DNA of 64,000 nucleotides. It comes from the human T2T-CHM13v2.0 reference genome, Homo sapiens. The number at the start of each line of letters is the position of its first letter. Position 1 is the stretch's first letter. The position numbers and the translations under genes were made by a program. The stretch lies in NCBI RefSeq assembly GCF_009914755.1, contig NC_060927.1. The stretch is one strand, 5' to 3'. Below the pieces are notes generated by a model. It made no database searches, was not told the DNA's origin, and saw only the letters and a program-made list of their open reading frames with translations. Positions 1-15,430 of this stretch are shown piece after piece.

Positions 1-128
1 AAAAGCAATTTTCTCCATTTTTAAAGTACGTTAAACTGGAGCCCAGACTCCCCCCTGTGTAGTGAGTTCATAACTCTCATTAAATTAATCTGCATTTTTA
101 TTTTTCACATCCCTCTGCCTCCACTCAG

Positions 129-656
129 ACCAACCAGGGTCAAGGAGGGCCAGGGAATTGGGTTCTGGATTCTCAAGACCTTGTAGACTCCAAAGAGATG
201 GAAAGACTGTGAAGCACAAGAAAGAGAAACCAGAACATCCACTGGAGAACTTGGAAGAGCCAGAACAACATTGTTCATCGAAGAGATCCCTGTCATCCTC
301 TAGCTCGGGCAAAGGGAGGGACAATCCCCACATTAACAATGAGCAGCATGAAAGGAAACGGTCCACTCAGGAGAGGCCTCGGAGACCTCTGCTTCCCACG
401 ATCAGTGGTGAAGTGTTTCTGAGCACTGAATGTGATGACTGGGAGACTAAGAATAACCATCAGACTCGAAATTGGGAAAAACAGTCTCGACACCAAGATC
501 GACTTTCACCCAAGTCCTCACAAAAAGCAGGGCTTCACTGCAAGGAAGTTGTATATGGGAGGGACCATGGGCAAGGTGAGCACAGAAGAAGGAGACACAG
601 GCCCAGGACTCCTCCATTCTCAGAGAGTGAGGAGCAGCTCCACCTCCATGACGCAG
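129..656 (+). CDS. CCDC50: CCDC50 exon 6 (528-nt alternative exon of the long isoform)
   Basis: Polypyrimidine tract + AG at 127-128, GT at 657; phase 1-1, length divisible by 3. Translates (D)QPGSRRARELGSGFSRPCRLQRDGK...EEQLHLHDA(G), recognised as the CCDC50 long-isoform insert. Confidence 0.96.
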
Positions 657-3600
657 GTAATGGAGGACAGTCTCGATGGAAGTCCTGGTATCATGTATAT
701 AACTACAAACCGATGAATTTAATAAGTACCTTAAGCAACCTTTCTTTCTCTCCAGTTCATGCTCATGACTTTGAAATAAATCCTAGAGCAACATATTATA
801 AAAGGTATACACTTAATCTCAGGTCTGTAAGAAGAAGGAAAATATTTGTAACTTTTCCCTTCTGTGAGAATGCACTGATTTCTTGGAGAGTTATTCCATG
901 CCCAGGTTGTATTAGAGGTACCCATTCCAGATATAGTTCTTCATTTACCGAGACTGTGTATCAGAGATTCTGATACCAAATCAAAACTCCTGAATTTCTG
1001 GTTTTACTTCAGTGAACCCAGAAGAGCTGATGAGCCTGTCTTGATAGTGTTTGTCTAACTAAAAGGCCGATAGAGCCGGAAATACTGTATTTTTTAGACC
1101 TCATCTTTCTCATTTGTAAAATGAGGAGTTGGATAGGCAGTCTTTTAAGAAAGTATTTTTCAAATAATATGCCTCAGTTCATTTTCATCAGAATCACCTG
1201 TTAACTAACAATGGAAATGTCTGGGTTTCACATGTATTATCATCTCTGGAGTGAGGCCTGGCAGTTTGGACATGTTTTAGACCTGGAGGTGGATTCTTAG
1301 GAACTTAAAAGTTTAAAGTCATTGCATTAAGTTACTTTTTATGCTGTAACTTTCTCCAGCTCTAACTCTACAGTTGGTGTTCTAAAGTACCAATACAGGT
1401 AAGTTCTTGGTACCTATATAAGAATGAGGTAAATATTATAGATAAACCTCAAATTTCTGGCACCCCTGAGGCTTAACTCTGAAGTCCATCATTGACGCAG
1501 TAATGGCTCTATTTTCTATAAACTGCTGAGGTGATGTTTTCCATGTGTCTGTAACACTAGGAATCATAGTACCAAGGAGCCAGTCAAGCTCTATCTGTGG
1601 TCAGAGAACTTGTTTCTAGGTTGCGGATTCAGGTTAAGTTGGTTTTTCCTGTCATGTTATTTCTTATTGAAGGACTTGGTTATGCAGAAAATTAAAATTT
1701 AGTTCCAGAAGCCATTCTGAGTAGCTGCCACAAATATCCTTGTCTTAGGCTTTGTGCTTGGATTTCAGCCAGAAAGATGGCTTTGTAAACAATTCCAAAC
1801 TAGATCCACTTTGTTAGGAAGACATAAAGAGCTGCGGAAAAATAGAGGAAAGTGTGATATAATCTGTCTTGAGTAGGTTTATGAGGAGGTTACACCCCTA
1901 GCATTTTGAGGTTTACAAGTTCCAAAGGTGTGGGGGCAGTATGGAGGAAGAATGATGTACACTGACCTCTACGTTTCTGCTTCTGTGAATCTGACTTTCA
2001 CGAGTGCTCTGAGGGCTAGTTAGGCTTTATGGCTTTTAGTTATGCTCCAGGATATTTTAAATAGGCTGAGGAAGCATGACACTAAACGCTGACTCACAGG
2101 CTCCACTACTGGAATTGCAAATGTTTTGTTTTTTATTTTGCCAGCACAAGGGATTGAAAAACAATGTTACCAGGCGGATATTAAAACGACTACAACATGA
2201 GCTGCTGCTTTTCTATCATTTTATATTCAGCTTGCTTTTTATATTTTACCTTTCTAGCCCCCGTAGGCATTTGATTTTGTAACTCCCTGGAACAGGTCAG
2301 AGGATTACATTAAAATATAATTACTAGGTAGTGGCATCTATTCTTGCTGTTGTAAAAGCACAATTCTTAAAGTTGTTAGGACAGGCCAAACTTACATTAA
2401 TAATGAAGAAACTAGCAGGATGACACGGAGCTGGTTCTAAGAGCATTTGCAGAGCAGCATTAATAGAATCAGTTGAAAGGGACTGCAAAATAAAATTTTA
2501 AATTAAGTATAAGATAACTTTCTACAGGGCAATGGGTACTTAACCTTTCGGAGTTACTTCTCTATTGGACTATAAATTCTTAATGGCTCATCATTTTCTG
2601 CAGGTTAACTTCTAAACTCACAGGGCCATAAAATATCTGCACTGTTCTGCTGTGAATTGTTAGTCAGATATACTGTGGCATTCCCTAAATGTCAGACTGG
2701 CTTATTACAAATACTCTTACATGATATCAAAAAGAATCTATCATTTTACCTTATTCCAAGCTCAGAATAAATTTATCTTGACTGTCAGTACTTTCAACAA
2801 TTTTATTCTGTAAATTTATTTAAGGCTGAAGTTTTGTGTTCATTTAAGGATGTTCTTGTGTTCTCCATCTGAAGGATGATGAACAGAAAAAGACAAGGAA
2901 GTGTGAAATTAAGATATATATGGAACTTGAAAATACCACTCACCTGATTTTTTGAAAGCTAGTTTCTAGAGTCTGTTTAGGATACTGAGATGAGGGAAGC
3001 TAGTCTGTTAATTTCCTTCAGTTAATTACATTTAAAAAATTTTTGGACATCTTTGTTTAATGACGGCCTTGCACTGCACTGTGAGTTCTTTTTCTATATC
3101 CTTACAAAAATTTTTGTCACCTTGGGTCCAGAGGACACTGCAGAGAATGGGCATCCTGACAGTGCAGAAATTTAGTATTCCAGGCTGTGGAGATTTTCTA
3201 CTTAATGAGATTTACAGATTCCAGTGATACATCAAGTGTTTAAATAAACCATTTCCCCTCTAAATATTTGGAACTGAGAGATATTACCTCAGATTCTGAC
3301 TCTTACTAAGTCATCATTCTCTTTTTAATTGCCAGAGGTTACAGTCTTATCACCCTGTCAAAACAATTAGACTATTCAATGGAATATTGTCTTTGGTAGA
3401 ATTTAAAACAATGTGTCTTTAATAAAACTGAAAGTGAAAAATCTTCTTGGCTAATTCTGTGGTGTACTTTAGGAGGCATAATAGTGGAGAAAATTTGGTC
3501 TCTTGAAATTTGAGCACATCCCACTGTATTATTTCACTGTATGGCAAAAGTGAAGGAGGTAGGCATGCTCTGTCATCCTTAATTAAGCTTTGGGCTGCTT

Positions 3601-5228
3601 ATTGAAGTATCATTTTTTTCTATAGATTGGAACATGGTTTATATAGCAGACTATCTTGTCCACTGACATTGCCCAGTACTGAGTTCCTTATCTAATTTCA
3701 TTTTCTCTGAAATCTGCCTTCCTAGTTCTGACTAAGCTAAATAACTCAGGGAGATTTATATTCTATTTCAGATGGTCCACTCTTGGGACTATGCCACTGT
3801 TTTTTTTTTTTGTTTGTTTGTTTGTTTTTGCTGTCCCAAACCACTTAGAAATCTAGATTAAGCCCAGCCCAGCATAAGACTCAGTGGCTCTAGAGATGAT
3901 TTGAAGTGATCTGTGCAATCAGGTTCTATTAGGTCTGAAGCTAAGAAAGCCATGTTTACTAGTCTGTCTTTGTAGGAAATACAGATGTGTATGAGTCTGT
4001 GGCTTCTGAAGCCACAGAAGCCAGGTTGAAAGTTGTACAAAGGTAGGCTTCACAAAATACTTACATTCTCATCATTTGCCCAGTGTTTACTTGTATTTTA
4101 TTTTTTTAAAGATTAACAGCAAGTGAGTCAAGTGTGGTGAGGGATTTTGACAAAAATCATTTTAATTTACAGTAATTTTAATGGACATAATACACTAAAC
4201 AGGTGATGCCAATATTAATTGCAAGTAAGAATGAACTGGGGAGATTTAAAACAAACTTACTCAAGGACAGGGCACACCCAGGCTACTTAATTTAGAATCT
4301 GTGGGGGTTGGGGCAAATATTTTTATACGTGTTCAAAGCACCCTCATGTGATTCGAATATATAGCCCTGATTGACAACCCCTGGCATAAAGAGACAATCA
4401 GGAGTACATTTTCTTTCTCCTCTGAATAGTTAATTTACTGAAATGAACTATTTCAGATAAGTAATCTTGTTCACTGTATTCAAAATTTTTATTAATTCTG
4501 AATATAATACACTCACACTGTCAAGTAAAAGTTTAAAGCCAGAATTGCTTTATAGGAATAAATTGGAATAGAACTCTGTTCATTGTGCTCTCAATATAGC
4601 TCTGATTATATTTTCCCTAAGATGTCACAGTGCTATCAGTCTGATCAAAGCTGTGGGGAAGATCTAAAGCAAGTGGGTTTATTTACTCTCAGAGCAAAAG
4701 CCATGGCAGGACCACTGCTTGTCTCACAGGTATTATCACATGACTGCCAGGTGCTGCTGTTCCTGCTCCCTCGGAAGTAGTAAGTATGCAGGCTGAGATA
4801 AATAGAAAGAAGCCTCTCCTCTCCTCCAGCCTTGACAGCTTAGCTTCTTTTAAACTCTGACTCTGTAATTTGCTTTTCTTTAAATTATTTTTGTTTTCAA
4901 TGACTTTTTTTTCACTTTGTATTTTTCCAGGGCCTCACTTGCAACTTCTTACATAAATTTCTGCTGTTGCAGAAACTATGTGAGAGGGGACTTTTTACCA
5001 GGCAGGCTTGCTTAGATATCTTTGTTTAAATGTATGCATTATCTACATTGCCACTTCCATTCCTAGGGCAAAAATATTTTTAATGCACCCCACACTGTAT
5101 TCTGGAGTAGAGGTAGTATTGTCATTGTTAGCTACTAAAGAAAAATCTCCTTTATCTTAAATTTCTTAACTTTTCAGAAAACATCCTTGGTTGTTTTATT
5201 ACATTGAGTTTTTTTTTTTTTTTTAAAG

Positions 5229-5344
5229 GAATGAAGCCAAGAGTGACGAAAGAAGCTGTATCTACTCCATCACGAATGGCCCACAGGGATCAGGAATGGT
5301 ATGATGCTGAAATTGCCAGAAAACTGCAAGAAGAAGAACTTTTG
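5229..5344 (+). CDS. CCDC50: CCDC50 exon 7
   Basis: Poly-T + AG at 5227-5228, GT at 5345; (G)[38 protein letters not shown], containing an MIU-type ubiquitin-binding motif ([12 protein letters not shown]). Confidence 0.96.
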
Positions 5345-5756
5345 GTGAGCAAATTTTAAGGCAAAAGTTTAGATATATTGATGGGTATTTTTTTTGTGAA
5401 TTTAGTCCATCTTGAAATTATATTAATAGTCCTCTATCAATTGAGAAACCTTTTTTTATGAGTGGAAAAATCATGACAATAGGAATAGAGTATCCACTTT
5501 TGCTTAGTGAGTAAGCATTAGCAGCAAAGTCCATAACTCCATTTCTCCATCTCCATGATTGTTCTCCATAACCCTGCTGTAGGATTTGATAAAAAGAGCT
5601 CCTGCTCTGGCTGGTGAAAGCATACCAACTGATTATCAACCTCAGGAACATGAGTCACAATTATTTTCAAAAACCAGCTTATTTTGTACAAGATACTGAA
5701 AATGCACAACATAGATTCCAATTAAATTCTTTGTTTTTGTATTTTCGATATCATAG

Positions 5757-5801
5757 GCTACCCAGGTGGACATGAGAGCCGCTCAAGTAGCTCAAGATGA
5801 A
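5757..5801 (+). CDS. CCDC50: CCDC50 exon 8
   Basis: AG at 5755-5756, GTAAGT at 5802; ATQVDMRAAQVAQDE. Confidence 0.95.
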
Positions 5802-5897
5802 GTAAGTTAATGAGTTTAGCTGATATTCTTTGGAAATATCCTAGTATATTTCTATCTGCACCTCTGCAGTTAATGATATTGACTGTATTTTGTTTAG

Positions 5898-6002
5898 GAA
5901 ATCGCTCGACTTCTAATGGCTGAAGAAAAGAAAGCTTACAAAAAAGCCAAGGAGCGGGAGAAATCATCTTTGGACAAAAGAAAGCAAGACCCCGAGTGGA
6001 AG
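5898..6002 (+). CDS. CCDC50: CCDC50 exon 9
   Basis: AG at 5896-5897, GT at 6003; [35 protein letters not shown]. Confidence 0.95.
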
Positions 6003-7815
6003 GTAGAGTGTATTTTGTTTGTTTTCTAATTAGAAATAAAATTAGAAATGAAAAGGGGACTCTGCTTTTGAGTTAAGCTCTGCAAATATATTTAGGATAT
6101 ATGAATATATAAATTATCTGTATTGCATATGTGAATCTGATCTGTGAAGATTCCATCACCATGAAAAATCACTGAATTTTGGAACATATGTAAAAAGTTA
6201 CTGCTAAGATTGAAAACTCATTCTGTTCCCTTTAAGACGGAGTGAAATGCAAGTGCTTCTGGTCATGAACAGTCTTAGTTTTCATATACAGTACTTTGAT
6301 TATAGAAGAATATAGCATTTTCACATGCTTTCATATTTTCCACAATGAACTTCTCTTCCCGTCTCTACTTTCTTTGTGCTTACATTATCTTTCATCTCTA
6401 TCATGTATCCGTTTCTCTTTCCTTTGATGTAACATGGTTTGTGGCAGACTGAAAGATACATACTTATCACCAACAATTATTATTTATGTCACAGTGCAAG
6501 ACCTATCTAGCGTGAGTTTGGACGGTTATCTTTCCCCTCGTTGATCAGAAATTGTAGACAAAATAAGCAGTTACTGCAATTCATTTTGCTGCGGTAATTG
6601 TGAGTTCCAGCTTAGCAGACTTTATTCATCAGTGACAGCGCGTAAGACAACACTTTGGACCTCCATGGAAAGACAAAGACATTTTTCCTGATAGTAGTGT
6701 ATAATGTAGAGAGGAAGACAAAGTGTAGACAGCTAACAAATAGAAGGTCAAGCTAGGTGGAAAAAGAGCAGAGGAATAGGGAGAGAATTCATACAATACA
6801 GGGTTTTTAGGGAGGGAGTTTAGGCCCAGAAGAATGAAACCTAGGTTGTGTATTCCTTACACAGTTGGTGTTTAGCGCTGGTCTCTCTTGAACAAATTCC
6901 TCCATTGGGTTTCTGGTCCCACCTCACGGTCTCAGTAATGGTTGTGAGGAAAAAGGTGTAGAAACCCTGCTAATAGTATTGCTGTACTCTTTCCTGTTGC
7001 TCAGTTACCCACGAGTTAGTCTCAAAACAATGAATGTATTATTCTCATATTAATTATGTATATTTAGCTCTCTCTTAACTAACTCAGTAATTCAAGATTT
7101 TTTCTAATATACTGTTTTAGTCAAGGATTCCCAAATACTTTTGTTAAATAAATTAAGCCACAAATAATTACCCAGGAGTTTCTCAGATTCTTTGCTACCT
7201 TAACTAGGAAAGGGTAAGTATTTAAGGATTAGGAATCAAGCGTGTCAGAAGGCAATGGCCACATCTCTAGCAGGTATCATCATGACTTCTGTAATTTTTA
7301 TTTTATAACTGGTACTGATACAGTTCCTCTCTTGGAAAAGTTGACTTGAATGTACCTTAGTTTACTGACTGGAAATCAGCCTAAGACATGTGTGCGGAAA
7401 TAAGTTTGAGTGCACAAACCTGGATTCCGTAGACTCTGGGCGTGCACTGGTTCTTGTCAATTACTGTGTAGCTATTATGTTAATAATCAGTGGCCAAGCA
7501 CACCCATCTAGGGAAGCATGTTCCTGTGTGTTCAGCCCATTCCTCTGGCTGCTCTAAGGCTTTCAGATGAGTGGGCTAAATTACACCTTCCATGTAAGCC
7601 CAAAGCCTACCTTTGCAGCTATAAATTTTCTACCTCTGGAGTGGCTATATATAAAAATATTTTATGTTCCTCAATTAAATATAATTAATCTGAAATTACT
7701 AAGGAAGAGCTTGGCATGATAAACATACTTTAAACTTAATCTTTCCCTTTGTTTGATGATTCTGGATTGTATGTGTGTGTTATTTTTGTTTGTTTGTTTG
7801 TATTTTTGTCCATAG

Positions 7816-7895
7816 CCAAAAACAGCTAAAGCAGCAAATTCAAAGTCAAAAGAGAGTGATGAACCTCACCATTCTAAGAATGAAAGGCCAGCACG
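7816..7895 (+). CDS. CCDC50: CCDC50 exon 10
   Basis: AG at 7814-7815, GTAAG at 7896; PKTAKAANSKSKESDEPHHSKNERPA(R). Confidence 0.95.
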
Positions 7896-9739
7896 GTAAG
7901 CTGACACCTGAAAAGAAAAATGAGGAAGTTGACTTTGGGGTGAATAAGGAGATTTCAGTTCCCTAAGAAGAGTGTATGTTTTTTGGAGAGGAGATCCAAA
8001 AATCTGCATTTGTAAGGTAGTGTCAAGACATTCAGGGTTATTTTTAGAACTTTATTTCCACTCTTAAATTGAGTTGTGTACATCAAATCAGAATTTTACA
8101 ATAGTTGGGGTGGATAAGGAAGAATGTACTTTTTGTTAGGACTGATTCTTACCTCTGCATTCACTGAATTTATGCTTTCAGCTTGGGGAATGAGAGTGAT
8201 TTTTTTTCCTAAATAAAATTTCGAGTTTTAAATATTTACCGGGTTTCATAGCCACACTGATGTGTGCATGCCATTTGCACATGCTCAAACTCATTTCTTT
8301 CTGAGTCTCAGTGTCCTTGACAAAATCTTGAATCCTTGCAGACTGTCTAAATCCCACTCAACAAATAGCTGTGGCTATGGTGTACATACTTTCTGATTTA
8401 TCTCAAACAGTCGTGCATAATAGTTATGGAGCAGCTGCTGTCTTTCTGCCTCAAGTTGTCAACATTTAAGTCTCTGGGGAAGTAACCTCTTTTTTTTTTT
8501 AATTGCTTTTTGTTGCCTTTCGAAAGAAAACATGATTGGAATGTGAAGAAAAAGATACTAAAAACAAGACAAAAAAGTAACACTAAGTTTAAAATTTTGA
8601 AAACTCTGAATTATTCAAATTTGAATTTTATTCTTATTTGTTAATTCTTGAAACATAACGCTTATTTCATTGAATAATTGACACTGTTGTTGCTACTCAT
8701 GCCCACACTGAAGCTCCTAGACTTGTTTCCTTCAAGTGAATGTATTTAGTGTCCTTAAAAAGTAATCCTCTATTTTAAAACTCATTTGCTTTCAGAAGAT
8801 AATCTTTCAGAAAATTACATTGGGTTTGTATTGCTCTGAGAAGAATAGTGGCATATTCTGTCTAGTTATATAAAATCTTTCTGTTGTAGCTTTTGGTTAA
8901 GCACATGCCAAACATTTTCTTAGAACTCTATAGGTTAGTACATTCCCAAAGTATCCAAGTAAAAGAAGCAGCAGCTAATCTGTTCTTAGTAAGTAAATAC
9001 ATCTGGATTATTATCCTTTTTTTAGTCAAATGAATTTAAATCATCTTTAGGCTTAATTCTGCAGTCTTCAGATCCTTGGCCTCTTTAGAATACTAATACC
9101 ATTGACAGCATATATGATGGAACAGTACTGGATGATTTCTTAAGAAAGTTTATTAAAGTCTGAAAACAAGTTTTTGGAATATAATAGATACTTTAGAAAT
9201 ATTTGGCATACTGAAAGAGTGAATAATCAAATGATCCTGTATTAAAAATGGCTATTATAAATGAATGAAAAGTGACTTAGGGCTAGTAGAATAGAAATTT
9301 TTGTTTTTACCTTAGAGGAACATTTGTCTTTAAATGTCATTTTAGCAGGATTGTATATATGACCAAAAAAATGAGGAATTTTATGAAACCTGTATTTTCA
9401 TAGTTAAAAGATAAAGCTTATATATCTTGCATATGTAGATACCTTGCACAACTAAGATCAGAATGTATACTTTCTGGTTAGAATCTGGTTTTCCTCTTTC
9501 ACATTTAATCATGATGGAAAAGTTTAGCTATACAGAAATATTTGGTTTCAAGGATTGAAAAACATGGCACTTCCTAGGTCAAGATGTTTATTACTGAAGT
9601 GTAGTAATAGTAGTAGTGAGACACAAATTCTTATGTAGAGCTTGTAATACTTATGGTTAGAAATCCAATTTCTTTGTCTGTTACAGAATTTTCTACTCTT
9701 CGTGTATGTGTGTTTAACTTTTGTTGTTATTTTTCAAAA

Positions 9740-11882
<2,143 letters not shown>

Positions 11883-12109
11883 TTTTCTACTGTTTTTAAG
11901 GAAATAGAGGATCACTTAGCAATCTGAATTCTAACTCTTGTAACTGGAAAAAATTTCAACCCATGTTCCAAATTGTTTTAACTACAGGATTTTATACTTT
12001 TAATATTATTTGTTATTCTACTTGCATTTTTTCATAGGAAAATTAAATATTTTCTAAATCTCATTTTATTCCTTGTGCATTCTTATTAATGTGAAATACA
12101 GTTGTCTCC

Positions 12110-12380
12110 ATTTATTCATTTATCAAGTATTTATTGAGCACCCTATTAATTGCTCACACATAATTGGGGTACACATCAGTCAACAAGAATGAACTCTGTC
12201 ATGTTCTCATGAGTTTATAATCTAAACAAATAATTATCCAAATAACTGTTATGATTGTGTTAAGTGCTATGGATGAAAAGTACAGGATGATAAGAACATA
12301 GGGAGACATCCTGGTTTAAGTGTCTAGGAGGGTTTCTTAAAGAAGTGAATTTTGAAGTGAATTATGAAAGGTGTTTGGCT
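12110..12380 (+). mobile_element. L2 fragment
   Basis: atttattcatttatcaagtatttattgagcacc-type L2 end sequence; strand uncertain. Confidence 0.55.
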
Positions 12381-12604
12381 GTATCACTAAATTAAAGATG
12401 TAAATGATTTCATGAGAATGGTAGGAAACAGGCAGTCTTAATACAATAAAACTGTACAACAAAGTTAGTTAATAAGATTTTTCTAACTTGGATATATATG
12501 CTGTAACTTTAAAACAATTGTCTCAGGTATAACAAAATAATTTGGTGTAGGACTCTTGGCAGCAGTAAGCCAAGATTTGTTCTCTATGTAACCTGAAACT
12601 AAAC

Positions 12605-12739
12605 AGAACAGTACCCTTAAGAGCACTGAAGTACTCTTAAGAGCATTCTAGATTGCTCTTAAGAAGTACTCTTAAGAAGTACTTAAGAAGTACTCTTAAG
12701 AGCATTCTAGAACAGTACCCTTAAGAGCATTCTAGATTG
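12605..12739. repeat. Complex palindrome-rich local repeat
   Basis: Seven CTTAAG cores with AGTACT and TCTAGA palindromes; the 21-mer agaacagtacccttaagagca occurs at 12605 and 12709. Confidence 0.9.
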
Positions 12740-13369
12740 ATTTGTTTATCCTTACATGGACATGCTAGAAAACTTGTGGGCATCCTGTGCTTTGTTTCAT
12801 AACTTTAGCATACTTTTCCTTGATGAGTTGATGGTGAGGCACTAATCATGGATTGTTTTTGTGAGTCCCACTCAACGTCTGTCTTTCTGATTTTTGACTG
12901 CCTAATGACATTAATAAAAGAGAGAAGAACAGACTGGGTCATTCTAACTACTAACCCTGTTTTCTTGGGCCTGAGTCACTTCTTAAGCCACTTGTTTGCT
13001 TTTTGAAGCTAAGTTCTTTAATCCTAGAGTCAGACTGATTTGTCTTAATTTTTCTACCAAGTCTTACATTGTTTATTAAAGATAAGTGTTAAAAATATCA
13101 GGTATTGGAGAAAAATACTATTTAATTTCCAATATTGGTAAACAAATGATTTAAAAATAAAAATTAGAAAAAATGCATTATTCACTATGTTTCCATTACT
13201 TTTATATATATATATATAAAACAGATGCATGAAATGATATTTGAAAGTATAAGTACAATAACATATGAAAGTATACTTCTGAAAATATACAAATGCATAT
13301 ATATAAACACACATATATACATATAGTCTTGTATACAGATGATGCTGCTCCTGATAAAAATACACACCT

Positions 13370-13600
13370 ATGTAGTAGAGTAGTTAAGAACACTGGTTTT
13401 GAAATCCAGTTGAGTTTGAGCCCTGGGTCTGCCACTTAACAGCTGTGTGAAAATGGACAGATTATTTACCTCATCTAACCTAATCTGACTCAAATATGTA
13501 TATGATAGTTAGCATTAGCATAGAGACTTGTCCTGAAAGTTAATTGAGATAATCTGTGTAGAACCTGTAGCATGGTCCTCAGCACATATGCCAGTTTATA
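13370..13600 (+). mobile_element. MIR
   Basis: gtagttaagaacactggttttgaaatccagttgagtttgagccctgggtctgccactt...gtgtagaacc MIR core. Confidence 0.7.
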
Positions 13601-14556
13601 TCCCATGCTGACCTCTTCGGGATGCTGAATACCCAGGGAAAGATTTATTGCATGGCGACAAGATAAAAAATTTGGAAACACTTGCTTTCATTTTTACATG
13701 ACAGAGCCCATTGTACCAAACCAACTATAACTTTACAAACTTCAGAATACTTATGCCTTCTAGATTTTACATATAAATGTACAAAATGGCCTACAGTATG
13801 GTTATATTTGATAAATCTTTGATATATTGATAAATTTGATAATCTGGTGCTATCCTTTAGTGCAAACTTTGAGTATACCTTTGGGAGATAAAGAATGAGA
13901 GGTTTTCTGCTTCAGTGCTACATGTTTGCATAAATCTATGTTAAGTAATTTTAATAAAAAGTTTAGAGTAGTAAAAATTATATCTTTTTTTTTTTTTTAC
14001 ATTTTTTGACATAAAAAGTTGCGAATGTATTACATAGAATTTGCAAATGTATTAAGATCTGTTTTGCCACCTAGTGGATAAAGGAACTTTGGTCATGAAA
14101 TTTTGTTTCTGTTTCCTCCCTCCTTTCTGTCTCTTACCCTTCCTTTTTTCTTTTTTTCCTTTCCTTTCTTCCTTGGCTTTATTATTTTCTTCTTTTCTGT
14201 TCTTTATTCTGTTATTTTTTCTTTGACTTGGTAAGACCTACCAAAACAAAGTTTATTTCTTATAAATGGCAGCAGTCACATCTCACTAATCTTTGTTTAT
14301 TTAGCCCAGTTCCTAACATGTATTAGTTGTTGAGGAGATAATTGTTTGTATTGAATTATGACATCAAAACAAAGGAACGGGAAGATAAATAATTTATTCA
14401 AGGCCATGCAACTGTCCAGGAACTACAGTGTGAATTCTGAAGCATTTTGGCTTTTCATTTCACAAGAAAATGTTTTTAGCTTGCAATCCAGTAAGAGGGG
14501 TGGAGTTGTAGTAAGCGTTACTTAGAATGCCCCTTTAAATTCTGGATTCCTTTTAG

Positions 14557-14663
14557 GCCACCACCACCTATCATGACAGATGGTGAAGATGCGGATTACA
14601 CTCATTTTACAAACCAGCAGAGTTCCACACGGCATTTCTCAAAATCAGAGTCCTCTCATAAAG
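14557..14663 (+). CDS. CCDC50: CCDC50 exon 11
   Basis: AG at 14555-14556, GTAAG at 14664; (R)[35 protein letters not shown](G). Confidence 0.95.
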
Positions 14664-14914
14664 GTAAGAAGAGTATGTATGGTCAAGTTTAGGATCTTCT
14701 TTTTTTATATAAGCCTTGTGTTGTAGTGGAAAAATCAAATTCTGTGTTCCACTAGAGTGGAAAAATAAGTTATTCTGTCAGCACATTGTTATAGAACTCC
14801 TCATTTATTAAAACAGTAACAAAACAGAAAACAGAACACCCTAAATTTTATGTAAGATATTCTGTGTATTTGCATTTTCCTCGAGAGGGAGCACAACGCT
14901 TTCATCAAATTCAC

Positions 14915-15213
14915 TTTTTTTTTTTTTTTTTTTTTTTTTTTTGAGTCGGAGTCTCACTGTGTTGCCCAGGCTGGAATGCAGTGGCATGATCTTGGCTCTC
15001 TACAGCCTCCACCACCTGGGTTCAAGTGATCCTTCCATCTCAGCCTCCCAAGTAGCTGGGATTACAGACATGTGCCACCACACTTGGCTAATTTCTGTAT
15101 TTTTTTTGTAGAGATGAGGTTTTACCATGTCACCCCAGGCTGGACTCAAGTAATCCCTCTGCCTCTGCCTCCCAAAGTGCTGGGATTATAGGCATGAGCC
15201 ACCGCACCCAGCT
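14915..15213 (-). mobile_element. Alu (AluJ/S-like)
   Basis: Poly-T + antisense Alu; flanking ctttcatcaaattc / ctttcatcagattc target-site duplication. Confidence 0.92.
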
Positions 15214-15430
15214 CTTTCATCAGATTCTTAAAAGGTGGTGGTGACCTCCATTTAGATCTGTAGGACTGCATTTTCTGTAGTGGCTCTTGTTTCCTATCTG
15301 CCCATGACTCTTATTAATTAGATTTAAAATATGCATGCACACCTCCCACATAACTTTTATGCAAAAGAAAAATGGAACAAAGCATAAAGAAAAAATAGGG
15401 ATACCTCAATTGGACGAAACCTTTAAAATT

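Noticed and set aside
158-973. 271-aa ORF as a standalone gene
   Set aside because: It is CCDC50 exon 6 plus read-through past the donor at 657; the start is a TTG inside the exon.
12605-12739. CRISPR-like array
   Set aside because: No unique spacers; eukaryotic intron; repeat units overlap irregularly.
14628-14635. CACGGCAT site duplicated in DFNA44 hearing loss (from memory)
   Set aside because: Single copy here with intact frame, i.e. the normal allele.
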